A stretch of DNA of 64,000 nucleotides, taken from positions 21,495 through 85,494 of the IMG/VR virus record IMGVR_UViG_3300020215_000050, one strand, 5' to 3'. How positions within the stretch are numbered: position 1 is the stretch's first letter; the number at the start of each line of letters is the position of its first letter. The notes under the pieces are model-generated. The model did not search any database and had not been told where the DNA came from. It saw only the letters and a list, made by a program, of their open reading frames with translations. A program made the position numbers and the translations under genes. The DNA comes from a virus. Of the stretch, positions 50,058-59,126 are shown in pieces.

Positions 50058-50772
50058 ACCGGGTCCCCTCGCTGAACGGGTCGTCCTCGGACCAGTCGAT
50101 CGCGTCGTCCGCCTCGTCCTCGAGCTCCGCGTTCTGGTCTGCGTCGGTCGCGTCGCCCCTCTCCTCAAGGATGAGGACCCAGCCCCGCTGGTCGGTGATG
50201 AGGTCGCCCGCCTCGGTCTTGACCGCGTTGATGAGGATGTCCTCGCTGATCGGCGTGAACAGGTCGTCGACGGCCGGGATGCCGGTGTTGAAGATCGAGC
50301 CGTCGGACTCGTAGAGCTCGAGGTTCAGGTCCCACACCGGGAGGCTGCCGAGGGGATAGAAGAGGCCCGTCGCGTCCACGAAGGCCACCCGGTAGACGGC
50401 ATTGGTCATGGGCACGAATACGAGATCGCCCTCCCTGGGCCTCTCCAGGCCCTCCTGCGACCCCACCTCGTCGACGAAGGACCTCCTCGGTACCGTCACG
50501 ACGATGCCGTAGTTGGTCTCGATGCCGAACTTGGAGAGGAGCGCGCCCTCGCCCGCGAACTGCTGGGTCGTCTTGACGTAGAACTCGAGCATGTACGCGG
50601 AGTCGAACCTGTCGTACTCGGATTCCTTGAGCACCCCGTCCCGGTTCTGGACCGTCCTCGGCAGGTAGAAGCAGTCGTGGCCGTACTCGCGGATCGCCTC
50701 GGTGACGAGGTCCTCGATGAGCCTCTGCTCCATGACGGAGGTGAAGTGGTTGTGGTACGTCTTCGTCGGCAT
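50053..50772 (-). CDS. gp14: Neck protein
   Basis: EQ.LIEDL..E.I..YG...YLPR, SKFG, RPREGDL, DPF. Confidence 0.93.
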   Translation of the reverse strand: MPTKTYHNHFTSVMEQRLIEDLVTEAIREYGHDCFYLPRTVQNRDGVLKESEYDRFDSAYMLEFYVKTTQQFAGEGALLSKFGIETNYGIVVTVPRRSFVDEVGSQEGLERPREGDLVFVPMTNAVYRVAFVDATGLFYPLGSLPVWDLNLELYESDGSIFNTGIPAVDDLFTPISEDILINAVKTEAGDLITDQRGWVLILEERGDATDADQNAELEDEADDAIDWSEDDPFSEGTRY

Positions 50773-50773
50773 G

Positions 50774-52096
50774 CTACTTCCAGGGGCCGTAGTGGCGGGT
50801 GACCATCGACTTCACGGTCGCCTCGTGGGGCTGGTACCGCTTCTCGACGCCGGGGGAGAACGTCTTGTAGAACTCCGCCTTGGGCCAGCCCTTGCCCGCG
50901 TACTTGGAGGAGCCCGCCTCCATCGTCTGCCAGTCGTAGACCCTGTCCCCGTCCTCGACCCAGGCGTGGGCGTACCTCTCCCCCGACCACGGGTTCTGGA
51001 CCGTGCCGTGGACGAGGCTGCCCCCGTCCCTGACCCTCTTGCAGGCCCAGCTGAAGCACTGACCCATCGCGATCTTGGACTCCTTGATGACCTTGGAGAC
51101 CTTGATGTCCCGCCTGCCCGACTTCCAGGCCTTGGCGAAAGCCTGGGCCCTCGCGGACACCTCGCTCGTCGCCTCGACGTCGTGGGCCTCCTCGCCGTCC
51201 CTGTGGCGGGTGTAGACCTTGAACTTATCCTCCTTGAGGAGTCCCTTCTCCCTCAGGATCGCCTTCCCCATCTCGGGGACCGGTTTGTTGTAGAAGCAGT
51301 CGAAGCAGTAGGTCTTCCCCTTCCGGGCCTCGCCCGCGTTCGCCCACTGCTGGTGTCCGCACTCGAAGGTGATCACGGACTGCTTGCCCCTCTTGCCGAG
51401 CATGCGCGCCCGCAGGCGGTCGGGCTCGGTCCTGTCGACGATCCTCCTCAATGGGGCGGACTCGTCGATGCTTTCCTCATTGAGCTGGCTCGCCCCCAGG
51501 AGCTGGATTCTCTCCGCCTCGAGCTCGTCCATGACCGGCCGACGGCCGACCACCTTGGTGTTCCTCGCGTCGTAGACGACGTAGGCCGAGTGCCTCTTCC
51601 CGCCCGTCACGAGCCCGCCGTTGTATCGGAGCCCGTCGTAGCCCGCCCTCTTCAGGAGCTCCCTCGCCTTGGCCGTGTTGACCATGCCGTCGGAGAGCCC
51701 GCGGAAGAGCTGGTCCCCCGTCAGCCTCATCTGTCCCGCCCTGAGCCGGCCCAGGACCGCGTGCTTGTCGTCGCCGAGCTTCAGCAGCCGGGCGTGCCGG
51801 GCGAAGGCCTCGAGGTCCTTGGGCAGGAGGGCCTGGAGGTGCGGCCCGGTGTAGACGTGGTCGACGTCGAAGACCCGCTTCATGTGGACGTCGACGTCCA
51901 TGATCTGGGGGGCCTTGCCTCCCCTCGACTTCCCCGCCTTGGCGTACCCCTTGGCGACCTCGGGGTCGTCCGTCAGGTAGGCGTCGCCGCCCCCGTAGTA
52001 GTCGTTCTTGACGCGGGCGAAGGCGGAGCTGAACCTGTCGAAGTGGTGGCCGGTGCCGTGGTGGAGGACGGCCCGCTCAACGAGATAGAGCCTCAT
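50774..52096 (-). CDS. Polyvalent protein: ART domain, Zn ribbon and papain/transglutaminase-like domain
   Basis: HHGT...FD.F...G..YLT...A..YA...GYDG...YVVY (ART-PolyVal-like); CGH...CFDC; CFSWA...HAWVE...VYD. Confidence 0.65.
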   Translation of the reverse strand: MRLYLVERAVLHHGTGHHFDRFSSAFARVKNDYYGGGDAYLTDDPEVAKGYAKAGKSRGGKAPQIMDVDVHMKRVFDVDHVYTGPHLQALLPKDLEAFARHARLLKLGDDKHAVLGRLRAGQMRLTGDQLFRGLSDGMVNTAKARELLKRAGYDGLRYNGGLVTGGKRHSAYVVYDARNTKVVGRRPVMDELEAERIQLLGASQLNEESIDESAPLRRIVDRTEPDRLRARMLGKRGKQSVITFECGHQQWANAGEARKGKTYCFDCFYNKPVPEMGKAILREKGLLKEDKFKVYTRHRDGEEAHDVEATSEVSARAQAFAKAWKSGRRDIKVSKVIKESKIAMGQCFSWACKRVRDGGSLVHGTVQNPWSGERYAHAWVEDGDRVYDWQTMEAGSSKYAGKGWPKAEFYKTFSPGVEKRYQPHEATVKSMVTRHYGPWK

Positions 52097-52099
52097 GCG

Positions 52100-52846
52100 T
52101 CACCCCGTCATGTCGTGGACGGGCATGCTGAAGCTGTTGATCATGTCCGACTCCATCTTCTCGATCTCGTCGACGGCCTCCTGGTAGATGCTCTTTCCGT
52201 CGAGGGTCAGACCGCCGGGGAGGGGAATGCCCGAGAACTTGGACAGGTTCGCCCCCCACTGCCTCTTGACGAGGGCCTTGGCGTACCTCTGCAGCCACCA
52301 GTCGCCCCAGGCGTCCGTGTACGTCGCCGGGTCGTTCTTCTGGTAGGCCTCGATGATGATGTGGTTGCCGACCTGGAGCTTGCTCGCGGAGATGTCCAGG
52401 TAGAGCGTGTCCCGGTGGCGGGTGTACCGGATCGGGACCTTGCCGACGAGGATCTCCTGGAACATGGCCAGGTTCGTCCTGAGCACGACGTAGTTGCTCA
52501 TGGTGTCGGTCATGCTGCCGTTCTGGATGTCGGAGACGTAGATCTGGTAGGGGATGTTCGTCAGCGGGTCGCCCGTCAGGCCTCCCCAGCCCGTGTCGAA
52601 GATGCCGACGACGCCGATGATCGTGTCGTCGAGGGTGATCGTCTTGTTCGCTACCGTGTTGGCGTTTATCGTGTGGTCGAGGTAGACCTTCTCGGACCCG
52701 TCGTAGTGATAGTCCTGCCAGTACTTGATCGCCTCGTCGATCCGGTCCTCGACCTGGTCGTCGTCTACGTTGATCTCAATGACGGGAGCGCCGAGGCCGC
52801 GGAGGATGTAGGCCTTGAACTCTTCCCGGGTGGTCGGCGTGGCCAT
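52100..52846 (-). CDS. gp13: Neck protein
   Basis: LRGLGAPVIEINV.DDQVEDR, WL.RYA.AL.KRQWG.NL.KF, GG.TLDG. Confidence 0.95.
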   Translation of the reverse strand: MATPTTREEFKAYILRGLGAPVIEINVDDDQVEDRIDEAIKYWQDYHYDGSEKVYLDHTINANTVANKTITLDDTIIGVVGIFDTGWGGLTGDPLTNIPYQIYVSDIQNGSMTDTMSNYVVLRTNLAMFQEILVGKVPIRYTRHRDTLYLDISASKLQVGNHIIIEAYQKNDPATYTDAWGDWWLQRYAKALVKRQWGANLSKFSGIPLPGGLTLDGKSIYQEAVDEIEKMESDMINSFSMPVHDMTG

Positions 52847-52865
52847 GATTCCCCTCTTTTTTGGG

Positions 52866-52873
52866 TATTTATG
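52866..52873 (-). promoter_or_regulatory. Late promoter (CATAAATA)
   Basis: Upstream of gp13. Confidence 0.75.
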
Positions 52874-52975
52874 GAAGTAAGCCTTGACAATCCGGCGCCC
52901 GCGTGTCGGTATGGCGACGGGTACGAACCGCCAGTTTCTTTAGATTTTATTGAGAAAAAAACAAGGAGAAGCCGC

Positions 52976-53764
52976 TTGCAAGACCTTACGCCCTTCCGCA
53001 ACCTCCTGGACTGGAAGCTGCTCCAGGGATCCCACCAGTGGCCCGGCCACGAGGGAGGCACCTGCATCAACGAGATGGCCCACGTCATGGCGGGATACGA
53101 GTACCGGCCCGTCTGCGGCCAGTTCGAGATCCCGGAGCACATCAGCCGCCCCATCGGCATCGTCGCCATGCTGATCAACGACGGCCCGAGCGACCGGCAC
53201 CGCCAGAACCTCAAGAAGCACGTCCTCGCGATCGCCCACAGCGCCGACAGGCCCGAGGTCGAGGCCCGCAGGGTGGCGGCCTTCTTCACCGGCGTGATCC
53301 AGTACCTGTGGGACCGGCAGGCCCACAGGCTCGTCAACTACGCGACCGCCCTGTGCCAGCACATGCAGAAGCTGTTCTCGAAGACCCGATATTCGACGAC
53401 GGATGCGTCTGCGTTCCCCCTGGTCGACAGCGAGACGGCAGTGTCCATCGACTGCGTCTCCACCCGGGGGTGGCACGACCGCGACGGCACGGAATTCATC
53501 ACCGTGCTGCAGAGGCTCCACCAAGAAGTCAGCGCCCACCTGCGGGGAGAGGCGGTCATGGACGCCCTCACCCTCGGCCTCGAGGCGATGCTCGCCGTCG
53601 GGAAGCAGTCGGACCTGACGCCCCAGGCGGCGGACAGGCTCGCGGCGGAGTGGATGCATCACCGGGCGGTGGAGAGACCCAAGGTGCCGTCGGAGAAGCT
53701 GTCGAAGGAGGAGCTGCTGAAGCTCTGCGAGAACGTGAAGCTCGACTTCGCGGGCGTCATCTAG
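52976..53764 (+). CDS. Hypothetical protein (GSH...GxC...LND family), antisense insertion
   Basis: TTG start with AAGGAG SD; TTGACA upstream at 52884; 3' part of track ORF 50702..53764. Confidence 0.6.
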   Translation: MQDLTPFRNLLDWKLLQGSHQWPGHEGGTCINEMAHVMAGYEYRPVCGQFEIPEHISRPIGIVAMLINDGPSDRHRQNLKKHVLAIAHSADRPEVEARRVAAFFTGVIQYLWDRQAHRLVNYATALCQHMQKLFSKTRYSTTDASAFPLVDSETAVSIDCVSTRGWHDRDGTEFITVLQRLHQEVSAHLRGEAVMDALTLGLEAMLAVGKQSDLTPQAADRLAAEWMHHRAVERPKVPSEKLSKEELLKLCENVKLDFAGVI

Positions 53765-54681
53765 TCCTTCTTCCAGAACAGGCTGTCGTCGGGCCCCCTC
53801 TCGAAGCCGAGCAGGCGGGCCCGCACGTCTGCCTGGGCCATCAGCTTTTCGGCGGCGTCGACGACGAACTCGTGCAGGATCTCGATCCCCCACGTGTTTA
53901 TGTTCGTCTCGTCCTTGAGGTACTGTCGGATCGCGATGAGCATCGACGACGGGTTGACGCCGAGCTGCTCAAGGTACTCCTGCTCGCCCTTCGTGATCGT
54001 CCCCGTCTGCCTGACGTCCCTGATGCACTGGACGATCGAGCGGCACAGGTGGCTCTTCGCCTCCTCCCTCTCGAAGTCCTCCTCCGTCCAGCCCTCGTAC
54101 TTCGCCATCATCTCGTCGTAGAGGTTGCTCAGCGCGAGGACGTCCTTCATGGCGCCCTCGATGTAGGTGAGTCCCGTCGCCATGCCCTCCTTGAGCTCGG
54201 CGATCTCGATCTGGATGTCGAGCATCCTGTCCTCGATCTCGGTGGCCTCCTTCTCGCCTCCGGTCAGGTCGCCCCGGATCCGGGTCTCCAGCTGCCCCAG
54301 CTCCCTCTCGAGCCTGCTCAGCTTGACCTCGTTCCGGATCTGCCGCCACTTCGCCTCGTTGAGGGCCTGCCTCTTGTTCGCCACCTCGGCCGCTATCTGC
54401 CTGAGGTTCTTGAAGTCGCCGAGGTAGCTCAGGTTGAGGTTTCGCCACGTGAACTGGGAGTGGCTCCTGTTCCACACCCGCTGCATGTCGGCGGTCTTCC
54501 TGAGGGCCTCGTCGACCCTCTTGGCGTTGTCCTGGACGCTGAGGCCGCCGAAGCTCCTCACCTGCCCGTAGCTGGTCTTACCGAACGCCGTCTCGAGCGA
54601 GACGGAGTGGTTCGGGTACGGTAGGGTGAGCGCCTTCTTGGTCTCGGTGTCGATGATCGTCAGCGCGGTGTTGCTGGACAT
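53761..54681 (-). CDS. Coiled-coil protein (RSHSQ family)
   Basis: 306 aa, helical; downstream of the oxygenase. Confidence 0.65.
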   Translation of the reverse strand: MSSNTALTIIDTETKKALTLPYPNHSVSLETAFGKTSYGQVRSFGGLSVQDNAKRVDEALRKTADMQRVWNRSHSQFTWRNLNLSYLGDFKNLRQIAAEVANKRQALNEAKWRQIRNEVKLSRLERELGQLETRIRGDLTGGEKEATEIEDRMLDIQIEIAELKEGMATGLTYIEGAMKDVLALSNLYDEMMAKYEGWTEEDFEREEAKSHLCRSIVQCIRDVRQTGTITKGEQEYLEQLGVNPSSMLIAIRQYLKDETNINTWGIEILHEFVVDAAEKLMAQADVRARLLGFERGPDDSLFWKKD

Positions 54682-54756
54682 GCTATCTCCTGAAGATGAA
54701 CAGGTACCCGGCCGTGAAGGCCGCTAGGTACAGAAACAGGTACTCGGGCGGCATGG

Positions 54757-55962
54757 TCATCGGAAGGGCACGTGTCCGTGCACCCAGATGACGATCGCCC
54801 ACCTCGTCCCCGCCGTGACGGGCTTGACCTCGTGCCAGGCGAAGCTCGGGAATATCGCGATCGCGCCCCGGTGCTTGGGCGCGGCGACCCACTCGCCCGT
54901 CGTCGTCTTCACCACGAGGTCGCCGCCCTCGTAGTCCCTGGGGTCGGAGAGCTGGACGGATGCCGAGATCTTCCTCGTCGCCGCCTTGCCCGGCCCCCAG
55001 TCGCAGTGCTCGTCGTAGTGGCCGGGGACGTCCGTCGCCGTCGCGGGCTCGTCGTACTTGAGGAGCTGGAGCCCGTGGGTGATGCCCGCGAGGTCGAACC
55101 TGTACAGCTCGTTCGCCTTCAGCACCCGCTCCGAGATCCTGTCGAAGATCCACGAGGTCTCGGGGGAGTAGTCTATGCTGAAGACCTCGGCCTTGCGGAC
55201 CTGCTCGTTCCTGTTGCTCTCGATCGTGCCGATCGACGCCTGCTCGCCGTAGCCGCCCTCGGCGATCTTGACGATCCTCGCGCACTCCTCGTCCGTGAAG
55301 CAGGGCAGGACCATCAGGTCGGGCACGTAGTTCTGGTCGATGGAGTAGACGAGCCCGGGGTACCACACGGGCCTCCGCGTCGGCTGGGCCTGGTCTACGA
55401 CCGTCTTCCTCTCGCTCGCGAGCGAGCCCCTGCCGTCGAACGCCCTGTCCCTGTACGGGCCGTCGGCGTCGACGTAGTGGAGAAAGATCTGGGTCTGCCA
55501 CTCGCCCCTGAACGGGGCCCTCCAGTGCTCGACGTCGCATCCCTTATACAGGGCGAGCTCGCCGGCGAGGAGGTCGACCCTCGCCTCGCCGAAGTAGATG
55601 GGCCATATCGCCTGGCCGGCGGGGTAGTCGAGGGTGAGGGTCGCGCTGATCTCGCACTCGGGCCGGTCGCGGTGCCGCTTGAGCTCCTCCCCCTTCCGGT
55701 AGACCCTCGCGTACGAGTAGGTCGGGAGCAGCCTCTTCCCCAGCGTCTCGCCGATGGGCTTGGCGAGCCTGGCGAGGAGCCCGTCCATCTCGGGGAGGCT
55801 GTAGAAGCTGTCGGAGAGGGGGCACTGCGGGTCCCTCGTCGCCTGGCCGGCTGCGGCCCCGTCGATGAGGCGGCGGGAGAGCTCGATGCATGCGTCGCGG
55901 GGGAGTGCGTCCTTAATCACCACCCACCCGTAGCGCTCGAAGTGCTGCTTGGCGGTCGTCAT
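54757..55962 (-). CDS. Tandem two-domain 2OG-Fe(II) oxygenase (prolyl-hydroxylase-like)
   Basis: Domain 1 HRDR.ECEIS...HWR...FLHYV; domain 2 H.D...RKIS..VQLS.P.DYEGG...HEV.PVT.GTR. Confidence 0.85.
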   Translation of the reverse strand: MTTAKQHFERYGWVVIKDALPRDACIELSRRLIDGAAAGQATRDPQCPLSDSFYSLPEMDGLLARLAKPIGETLGKRLLPTYSYARVYRKGEELKRHRDRPECEISATLTLDYPAGQAIWPIYFGEARVDLLAGELALYKGCDVEHWRAPFRGEWQTQIFLHYVDADGPYRDRAFDGRGSLASERKTVVDQAQPTRRPVWYPGLVYSIDQNYVPDLMVLPCFTDEECARIVKIAEGGYGEQASIGTIESNRNEQVRKAEVFSIDYSPETSWIFDRISERVLKANELYRFDLAGITHGLQLLKYDEPATATDVPGHYDEHCDWGPGKAATRKISASVQLSDPRDYEGGDLVVKTTTGEWVAAPKHRGAIAIFPSFAWHEVKPVTAGTRWAIVIWVHGHVPFR

Positions 55963-55989
55963 AGATGCTCCATATCAAAAGTCCGTGGG

Positions 55990-55997
55990 TATTTAGG
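55990..55997 (-). promoter_or_regulatory. Late promoter (CCTAAATA)
   Basis: Upstream of the 2OG oxygenase. Confidence 0.65.
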
Positions 55998-57087
55998 CCC
56001 CCATGGCGAAGTGCCCAGTCGCGTGCTGCCCGACGAGGTCCGCGATGTCCGCGGCCGCGCCGAGGCCCGCGAACGAGAACTTCTGGATCGTGAAGACGGC
56101 CGTGGCCGGGCCCGGGCTGGTGGCGGGGGTCGTCGGGGCGCCCCCCACGGTGTAGCCGTGCGTGGAGGAATCGCATGTCGCGAAGGCGTCCACGCCGGTC
56201 GCCACGCTGCCGACGCTGGTGGCGTTGACGTCGCTCGAGAACGGGAACTTGTCGATGCTCGTGACCGTCGCCGACGAGACGGTCCAGACGAAGTGCCCGT
56301 CGGTCGAGGAGGACGCGCCCCCGTACTCGCCCTGGCTGCTCGTCGTCATGTTTCCGACGAAGGTCGACGTGCCGCCGGAGGCGAAGGGAAACTTGGTCAT
56401 GTCGTCCGTCGTCACCCCGGCCGGGCCGGCGCTCCTGCCCCCTCCCCGGTAGCCGTGGGTCGAGGAGGAGAGGCCGAGGGCGACGATGAACCCTACGCTG
56501 ACGTCGCCGACGTCCGTGGCGGTTACGCTGGTGAAGGTGAACGGGAACTTCTGGATGTGCGTGACCGAGACCTCGCCGGGAGTGTTGAAGTCGCCGCCGG
56601 AGTGGCCGCCCGCCGCGAAGCCGTGGGTCTCCGACTGGTGGCCCGTGTGTCCCGACGTGTTCGCCGCAAGGTTGCCGATGGAGCTTCCCGCCTGGTCGGA
56701 GATGAGGCGCATGCCCTCGATTGTCGTCAGCCTGACTGCGTTGGGGCTGACCTGCATGCCGCCCGAGACCCAGGACATGCCCATGCCGATGCTCCGGGCC
56801 GCGGCCCTCCAGGCGTTGGTGATCGTCAGGTCGTTGGCCCGCGCGACGGCGTCCTGGTCGGAGGCGAACGGGAACTTATCCACGTCGCCGGTCTGGTGGG
56901 AGGCGGTGAACGGTCCGAAGTGCTTGATGCCGCCGAGGTCGAAGCCCCAGTCGAGCCTCGCGTTCAGCGCGGTCTCGGGCGTGGTGTAGAACCGGTGCTC
57001 GATCCTGGACGCCCTCAGGTCGTCGGTCGTCAGACTGAGGTTGCCGTCGATGACCGTGTTCGCGCCTATCTTGTACGTGTTCGCCAT
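55993..57087 (-). CDS. Repeat (Kelch/propeller-like) virion-associated protein, paralogue 3
   Basis: ~50-aa repeats: KFPF.S...A..VGD....SS.THGY..GG. Confidence 0.65.
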   Translation of the reverse strand: MANTYKIGANTVIDGNLSLTTDDLRASRIEHRFYTTPETALNARLDWGFDLGGIKHFGPFTASHQTGDVDKFPFASDQDAVARANDLTITNAWRAAARSIGMGMSWVSGGMQVSPNAVRLTTIEGMRLISDQAGSSIGNLAANTSGHTGHQSETHGFAAGGHSGGDFNTPGEVSVTHIQKFPFTFTSVTATDVGDVSVGFIVALGLSSSTHGYRGGGRSAGPAGVTTDDMTKFPFASGGTSTFVGNMTTSSQGEYGGASSSTDGHFVWTVSSATVTSIDKFPFSSDVNATSVGSVATGVDAFATCDSSTHGYTVGGAPTTPATSPGPATAVFTIQKFSFAGLGAAADIADLVGQHATGHFAMGA

Positions 57088-57088
57088 G

Positions 57089-58096
57089 TCAGTACGCCTG
57101 CGTGCATCCGGCTTCCATGATGCTCGTCATGTCCCGCCCGCTGTCCGTCGCGTTGCCCTCGCTAGCGAAGGAGAAGCGCTGGAGCATGTTCAGCGTGCCG
57201 CCGGCGATCCATGCCGTATGCGAGCTCGAGAGACCGGTGTACCTGCTCCCCGACACGGCGAGGTTGCCGACGTCGACGGCGCTGGCGGTAGACGAGAAGC
57301 TGAACTTGTCGATGATGTTTGAGCTGGACGAGAAAACTTCGGTGCCCCCGACCACGTAGCCGTGGGTGGTCGAGGACAGACCCCCGACGCGCCCGCGGTC
57401 CTCCGTCAGGGAGCCGATGGTGCTCGTGCTCGCCCAATTCGCGAACGGGAACCTCGCGGTGTGCCCCGAAACGTCGAACGAGGCGGGGCTGCTGAGGCCC
57501 CCCGCGTTGAAGGACTGCGTGTCGGAGCTGATGCCCGCCAGGGCGGCCAGGGAGAAGCCGATGAGGGTGGTCGTGTCCTCGCCGTTCTGGTCGCTCGCGA
57601 GGTGCATGTGGCCGATCGTCTGGACCTCCACGGTGGTGAAGCCGCCGATGTAGAAGCCCGAGGTCGGGCTCGAGGTGCCGGCGCCGTCCCTGGTCGCGGC
57701 GTGGAGGTCGCCGACGTCCGTGGCGCTGGCCGCGGAGACCATCGCGAACTTGTCGATGACGTTGCTGTTGGAGCTGTTGGATGGCGCCCCGCCGAGGACG
57801 TACCCGTGGGTCGCGGAGCTCACGCCCATGCCCACCGTCCGGGCGACGGTCAGGTCGCCGTGGTCGGAGGCGTTGTCGCTCGAGACCATCGAGAAGCGAT
57901 CGATGCCGGTGTTCGGGGTCCAGGCGGGCGTCGAGTCCGTGCTCGACCAGGCCGACACGAAGCCGTAGACGATCCCCATGCCCGCGGGCAGCATCACCAT
58001 CGTGGAGTTCGCGAGGGCGGAGTTCGCGGCGACGTTGGCGAACACCGCGTTGCGGTCGTTGTCGATGACGAAGACGTCTCCGATCTTGAAGCTCAT
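57089..58096 (-). CDS. Repeat (Kelch/propeller-like) protein, paralogue 2
   Basis: Same repeat; N-terminus MSFKIG..VID. Confidence 0.65.
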   Translation of the reverse strand: MSFKIGDVFVIDNDRNAVFANVAANSALANSTMVMLPAGMGIVYGFVSAWSSTDSTPAWTPNTGIDRFSMVSSDNASDHGDLTVARTVGMGVSSATHGYVLGGAPSNSSNSNVIDKFAMVSAASATDVGDLHAATRDGAGTSSPTSGFYIGGFTTVEVQTIGHMHLASDQNGEDTTTLIGFSLAALAGISSDTQSFNAGGLSSPASFDVSGHTARFPFANWASTSTIGSLTEDRGRVGGLSSTTHGYVVGGTEVFSSSSNIIDKFSFSSTASAVDVGNLAVSGSRYTGLSSSHTAWIAGGTLNMLQRFSFASEGNATDSGRDMTSIMEAGCTQAY

Positions 58097-59094
58097 TCCT
58101 GGAACCCGCCCGATAGGAACCTGGCTATGCTCAGGTCGGTGTGGTCGATCGCGTATCCCTCGGAGGCGTAGGGAAACTTCTCGACGATGTTCGTGCCCGA
58201 GTTCGTGCCGAGGGCCCCGCCCAGGACGAAGCCGTGCCAGTACGAGCTCGCCGTGGCCATCGCCCCCTTGTTGTTGGCGAGCGTGCCGACGTTGACGGCG
58301 TTGCCCTCGCTCGAGAACGGGAACGTGGAGTAGGTGTTGATGAACGCCGGACTGGTGCCGCCCATGCCGTAGGCCGACTCGAAGGAGCTGATGCCGCTCA
58401 CCCCGTGCGTGGCCGCGGGCAGGTCGGACACGTCGGTGGCGTCCTGGTCGGCCGAGAACGGGTACTTGTCGATCCTGTTGGTGGCCACCGACCCGGGAGG
58501 GGCGAAGCCGCCGAGGGTGTAGCCGTGGGTGCCGGAGACCGCCCCGTGGGGGGCGCAGTGTCGGGTCTGGGTCAGGGCCCCGACGCTGGTCGAGGTGCTG
58601 GCGGAGATGGCGAACGGGAACTTCTCGATCACGCTGGTGCGGACGGTCGCCGGCGTGGACGTGTACCCGCCGGCCGCGTAGCCGTGGGTCGACGAGGAGG
58701 TGCCGGCGGAGCTCGACCTCGCCGTGTCGAGGTCGCCGACGTCGGTGGAGGGCTGGTCGCCGCTGAACGGGTACTTGTTGATCTGGGTGCCGACGGTGGG
58801 CTGGCGGGTGCCCGCGGTGAAGCCGGCCGTGTCTCCCCTTATCGACGAGGCCTCCGTCACCGTGGCGATGGGCTGGGCGACGAACCCCATACCACCCTGG
58901 TTGCCGGAGGACAGGGCGATGCGGTCGACGGTGGTCAGCCCGAGGGTGCCGCCGGCGCAGTAGCCGTACGCCATGCCCTGGAAGACGCCGACCGGGGTCG
59001 TGTTCGAGATGGAGACGTAGCGGGCGACGACGTTGGCGAGGACGACGTCCTGGTCGTTCTCGATGACGAGGTTTGAGTTGACCTTGAAGCCCAT
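58093..59094 (-). CDS. Repeat (Kelch/propeller-like) protein, paralogue 1
   Basis: Same repeat; N-terminus MGFKV...VIE. Confidence 0.65.
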   Translation of the reverse strand: MGFKVNSNLVIENDQDVVLANVVARYVSISNTTPVGVFQGMAYGYCAGGTLGLTTVDRIALSSGNQGGMGFVAQPIATVTEASSIRGDTAGFTAGTRQPTVGTQINKYPFSGDQPSTDVGDLDTARSSSAGTSSSTHGYAAGGYTSTPATVRTSVIEKFPFAISASTSTSVGALTQTRHCAPHGAVSGTHGYTLGGFAPPGSVATNRIDKYPFSADQDATDVSDLPAATHGVSGISSFESAYGMGGTSPAFINTYSTFPFSSEGNAVNVGTLANNKGAMATASSYWHGFVLGGALGTNSGTNIVEKFPYASEGYAIDHTDLSIARFLSGGFQE

Positions 59095-59101
59095 GGTCCG
59101 C

Positions 59102-59109
59102 TATTTAGG
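59102..59109 (-). promoter_or_regulatory. Late promoter (CCTAAATA)
   Basis: Upstream of the propeller-repeat trio. Confidence 0.65.
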
Positions 59110-59126
59110 ACCGGGCCTTCGGGGCC

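Noticed and set aside
54757-55962. 2OG-Fe(II) oxygenase as a TET/JBP enzyme making hmC from 5mC
   Set aside because: The motifs fit prolyl-hydroxylase-like domains, the gene lies far from the MTase among structural genes, and gp42 already supplies hmC.
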